Shown here: piece by piece, positions 61,468 through 64,000 of the stretch | How positions within the stretch are numbered: the first letter of the stretch is position 1 | Layout: every line of letters starts with the position of its first letter | IMG/VR virus record: IMGVR_UViG_3300034120_003123 | Direction: 5' to 3' (one strand) | DNA: 64,000 nucleotides | Source: an uncultured virus (IMG/VR IMGVR_UViG_3300034120_003123) | Lineage: Duplodnaviria; Heunggongvirae; Uroviricota; Caudoviricetes | The notes under the pieces: model-generated | Seen by the model: only the letters and a program-made list of their open reading frames with translations | Databases searched by the model: none | What the model was told of the DNA's origin: nothing | Program-made: the position numbers and the translations under genes

Positions 61468-64000
61468 TATCCTAAACCTCCACCAGGACCGCCCGTATTG
61501 CCACCAGTATCTTCGTCACAGTTATAGCGACAACCAAAATCTCCACCTTCTGGCGGTTCAAAAGATCCAGAAGGTCTGTTTCTACCACCAACCCATAAAA
61601 AGCCTTGAACTCCTGCGTTATTCTGACCATAATAGCCACTATAGGGAATTTCTAAATTATCAGCAAATGCATCTTCATCATTTAATTCATAATTAGGCTC
61701 AGAAGTGCCGTCTATTGGCGCAGAAAGTGGAATGGTTGGCAATAAATAATTTGGGTCTTCTGGATCGTAAGTCCCAAGAGTTCCAGTATAAGCTGGTTCT
61801 ACATATGATTCTGAAATAATTCCCAAATTACTTAAATCTTCTAAAGAAATTCCATACGGGCTAGGCAAAACATTAGATATAAAATCAACCTGCAAATTTA
61901 AATAAGGCAATCTTAATGAGCTTAAAATGCCCATATTAGCAGCATCATTGTCGTCGTATATGCTTGCATTAACTTGATCTATTTTGTCTATAAGCATTCT
62001 TATATTATTTCGAGTAAAACGATGCACGCCTAATTCGGTCGTATTGCCATCATTATCAACTGCATTTGTGAGCATGTATAGAGAATGAGACTTGATTGAC
62101 TCTATACCAGCATTAACTAGCTCTAAATTTGCAACTTTGTCATTTAAAGAATGAGATATATCAGCATAATACGCTATTTGATTAAATGGCTTATGAGCCC
62201 TACTGCCTTCATTAAGATCAGAATTATTTTTATATAATATACAAGTAGATGCAAAGTCTCTTCTTGCCCAGCCACCTGATGGTAATTTAAATGAAGAATA
62301 CTGTCTAATTACTTTTACTTCTGCATCCTGATCTATATATTTATCAAAAAATATACAATCATTTTTTAAACCATCTGAAGCATACTGGAAATATACGTGA
62401 ATGTTCTCTAATTTACCGTTTACCTGTACAGTGGGAAAATCATCATGACCAAAAATAGTAATTGTTGAAGAAAAATCTACATGATCAGAATATCTGTCTA
62501 GATTATATATAATTTTTGTTTTACCCTCAAGACATGCGACTAAGTATGGACCAAAGTTAGAAAGTGAATATATCAATTTTCTAGTTCCACTTTCTGCAGT
62601 TTCTATGTCAATAGGTTTTATATTAATACTGTCATTATATTTACAGTTGACTATACTATCAGTAACATAAACTCCATCGTTGGTAGTAATTAAGAGTCTA
62701 CCATATTTTGCAGTCACACGCTTAAAAGACATACTTGTACTATAAAAAATTCTTTTAAATTCTTTTTCATTAGATCTTTTTCTATAAATACCATTTTCTC
62801 CAACTGCAAACAATACATTCTGATGGCTTATAATGTGATAAAAGACAGGGGTCTTCCTCAAGTCTTGATCTCTAATAAAAGAATCTCCGCTATCTAATGA
62901 ATAAAATATACCAAATTCAGTACTTACATAAAATATACTTTGATCATCGTTTGTCCACATCCCGTAAACCTCAGTGCTAGATCCAGAGAAAAATCCTATC
63001 TGATCTATCTTGATATTTGAAACGTCACCAAAAAAAGATTCATTATTATTTTGATAGTTAGCAGCACTTGCAGTTTTTACTCTAAAAATCCCAATATCTG
63101 AACTGATCATTACGGTCCCATCTTTCAGTTCAACTGCATCTCTGAAAACATGAGCATTAAAGTTTAAAGCCTGCTGAGCGTATGCAAGTCCGATTCCGCC
63201 ATTAGAAGATACTTTTAGTATATCAAAACTTCTAAAGTTTAAACAATATATTGATTTAGATATGGGCATATATACAATTTTATGACAAGGACCAGAGTCC
63301 TGTGGTGGCTCAGAAGCAATCAACAAGCTCATAGAAAAAGAATCGCCGTTTTGCCAATAATAATACACTCCACGACTAGTAGAAAATATAAAGTTTTCTG
63401 TTCCAGGTATGTTAAAAGAATCATAAACTAAATAATGCCTTGTTTTGTTAAGAGGGAATCCAACTTTAGACAAAAAACCATCAGATAATTCTAGATCATT
63501 AAATTCAAAATCAGACATTTCTGATAAAGTATTGTTTTGCTGGTTATATAATAAATAGTTTCTTTTTTCATTTCTAGTGACTAAAAATTTGAACCCGTCT
63601 ACGGATTCAGCAATACAATCAAGAGCAGACATTTTCTCTCCATATATCCCAGAATGTCCTAGATCAGGTATACTATCTATCTTGATTTTACCAGAACCTA
63701 ATTGCTGTGCAAATACAGAACTTAGTCTTTCTTTAGGCAAATTATTATCAAATTCTCCATCACAATATATAACTAATTTTATTTCTGGTAATGAATCATA
63801 TATCTGCGTGGTTTTTTCTTGGCCAGACAAGGGGGCAAGCTGTGACGAAAATTTAATTAGCTTTCTTTCTGGTAAAAATTCATAATTAATAGGAGAAACT
63901 TCTCCATTTAACAATATAACAACTTCGAAATTTGAAGGAAGCTTCGGGATACGATCAACAACAAAAAATCGCTGATAGTTGTCAGAATTAAATGATGTGA
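61467..64000 (-). CDS. 3' part of a large beta-propeller (BNR/Asp-box) virion protein; starts beyond the right edge
   Basis: The frame stays open upstream of the listed TTG (63914) to the window end (TSFNSDNYQRFFVVDRIPKLPSNFEVVIL...). Repeated ST..G[IV][FY] blades; Asp-box YSLDSGDSF. Confidence 0.78.
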   Translation of the reverse strand, partial: TSFNSDNYQRFFVVDRIPKLPSNFEVVILLNGEVSPINYEFLPERKLIKFSSQLAPLSGQEKTTQIYDSLPEIKLVIYCDGEFDNNLPKERLSSVFAQQLGSGKIKIDSIPDLGHSGIYGEKMSALDCIAESVDGFKFLVTRNEKRNYLLYNQQNNTLSEMSDFEFNDLELSDGFLSKVGFPLNKTRHYLVYDSFNIPGTENFIFSTSRGVYYYWQNGDSFSMSLLIASEPPQDSGPCHKIVYMPISKSIYCLNFRSFDILKVSSNGGIGLAYAQQALNFNAHVFRDAVELKDGTVMISSDIGIFRVKTASAANYQNNNESFFGDVSNIKIDQIGFFSGSSTEVYGMWTNDDQSIFYVSTEFGIFYSLDSGDSFIRDQDLRKTPVFYHIISHQNVLFAVGENGIYRKRSNEKEFKRIFYSTSMSFKRVTAKYGRLLITTNDGVYVTDSIVNCKYNDSINIKPIDIETAESGTRKLIYSLSNFGPYLVACLEGKTKIIYNLDRYSDHVDFSSTITIFGHDDFPTVQVNGKLENIHVYFQYASDGLKNDCIFFDKYIDQDAEVKVIRQYSSFKLPSGGWARRDFASTCILYKNNSDLNEGSRAHKPFNQIAYYADISHSLNDKVANLELVNAGIESIKSHSLYMLTNAVDNDGNTTELGVHRFTRNNIRMLIDKIDQVNASIYDDNDAANMGILSSLRLPYLNLQVDFISNVLPSPYGISLEDLSNLGIISESYVEPAYTGTLGTYDPEDPNYLLPTIPLSAPIDGTSEPNYELNDEDAFADNLEIPYSGYYGQNNAGVQGFLWVGGRNRPSGSFEPPEGGDFGCRYNCDEDTGGNTGGPGGGLG

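Noticed and set aside
141..63885. Many short plus-strand and nested minus-strand ORFs in the track
   Set aside because: They lie within longer motif-bearing minus-strand genes and show no recognisable motifs (shadow ORFs).
1..64000. tRNA/rRNA genes or eukaryotic giant-virus origin
   Set aside because: No RNA gene features in the short AT-rich spacers. Coupled operon-like gene overlaps and a bacterial-type IF3 argue for a prokaryotic system.

Overview
AT-rich, very gene-dense 64 kb segment in which every credible gene lies on the minus strand, mostly joined by ATGA/TAATG/GTGA overlaps. It most likely comes from a large (jumbo/huge) dsDNA bacteriophage. Evidence: an orphan IF3 gene with no thrS/rpmI/rplT, a UvsW-like SF2 helicase, a probable DnaC-like loader, a phage-type metallophosphoesterase, and tail-type LamG, beta-helix and propeller proteins without signal peptides. 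The left 8.7 kb holds a replication/translation module and three glycosyltransferases. The remaining ~55 kb is a block of probable virion/receptor-binding proteins, including giants of 3965, 2587 and 5595 aa. The most striking features are: (i) a 5595-aa polypeptide chaining a trypsin-like protease, a beta-helix, three GH42/GH151/GHL6-like hydrolase modules (one apparently catalytically dead), a SASA/CE6-like esterase and two dockerins; (ii) three Cys-clamped dockerin cassettes, each between repeat-encoded poly-Ser tethers, suggesting a cellulosome-like docking system on a virus; (iii) a vWA domain apparently split by a ~2,650-aa insertion; (iv) a tandem triplet of paralogous beta-helix proteins. 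Domain styles hint at a Planctomycetota host. All domain calls come from motif reading by eye, with no database searches, and domain boundaries are approximate.
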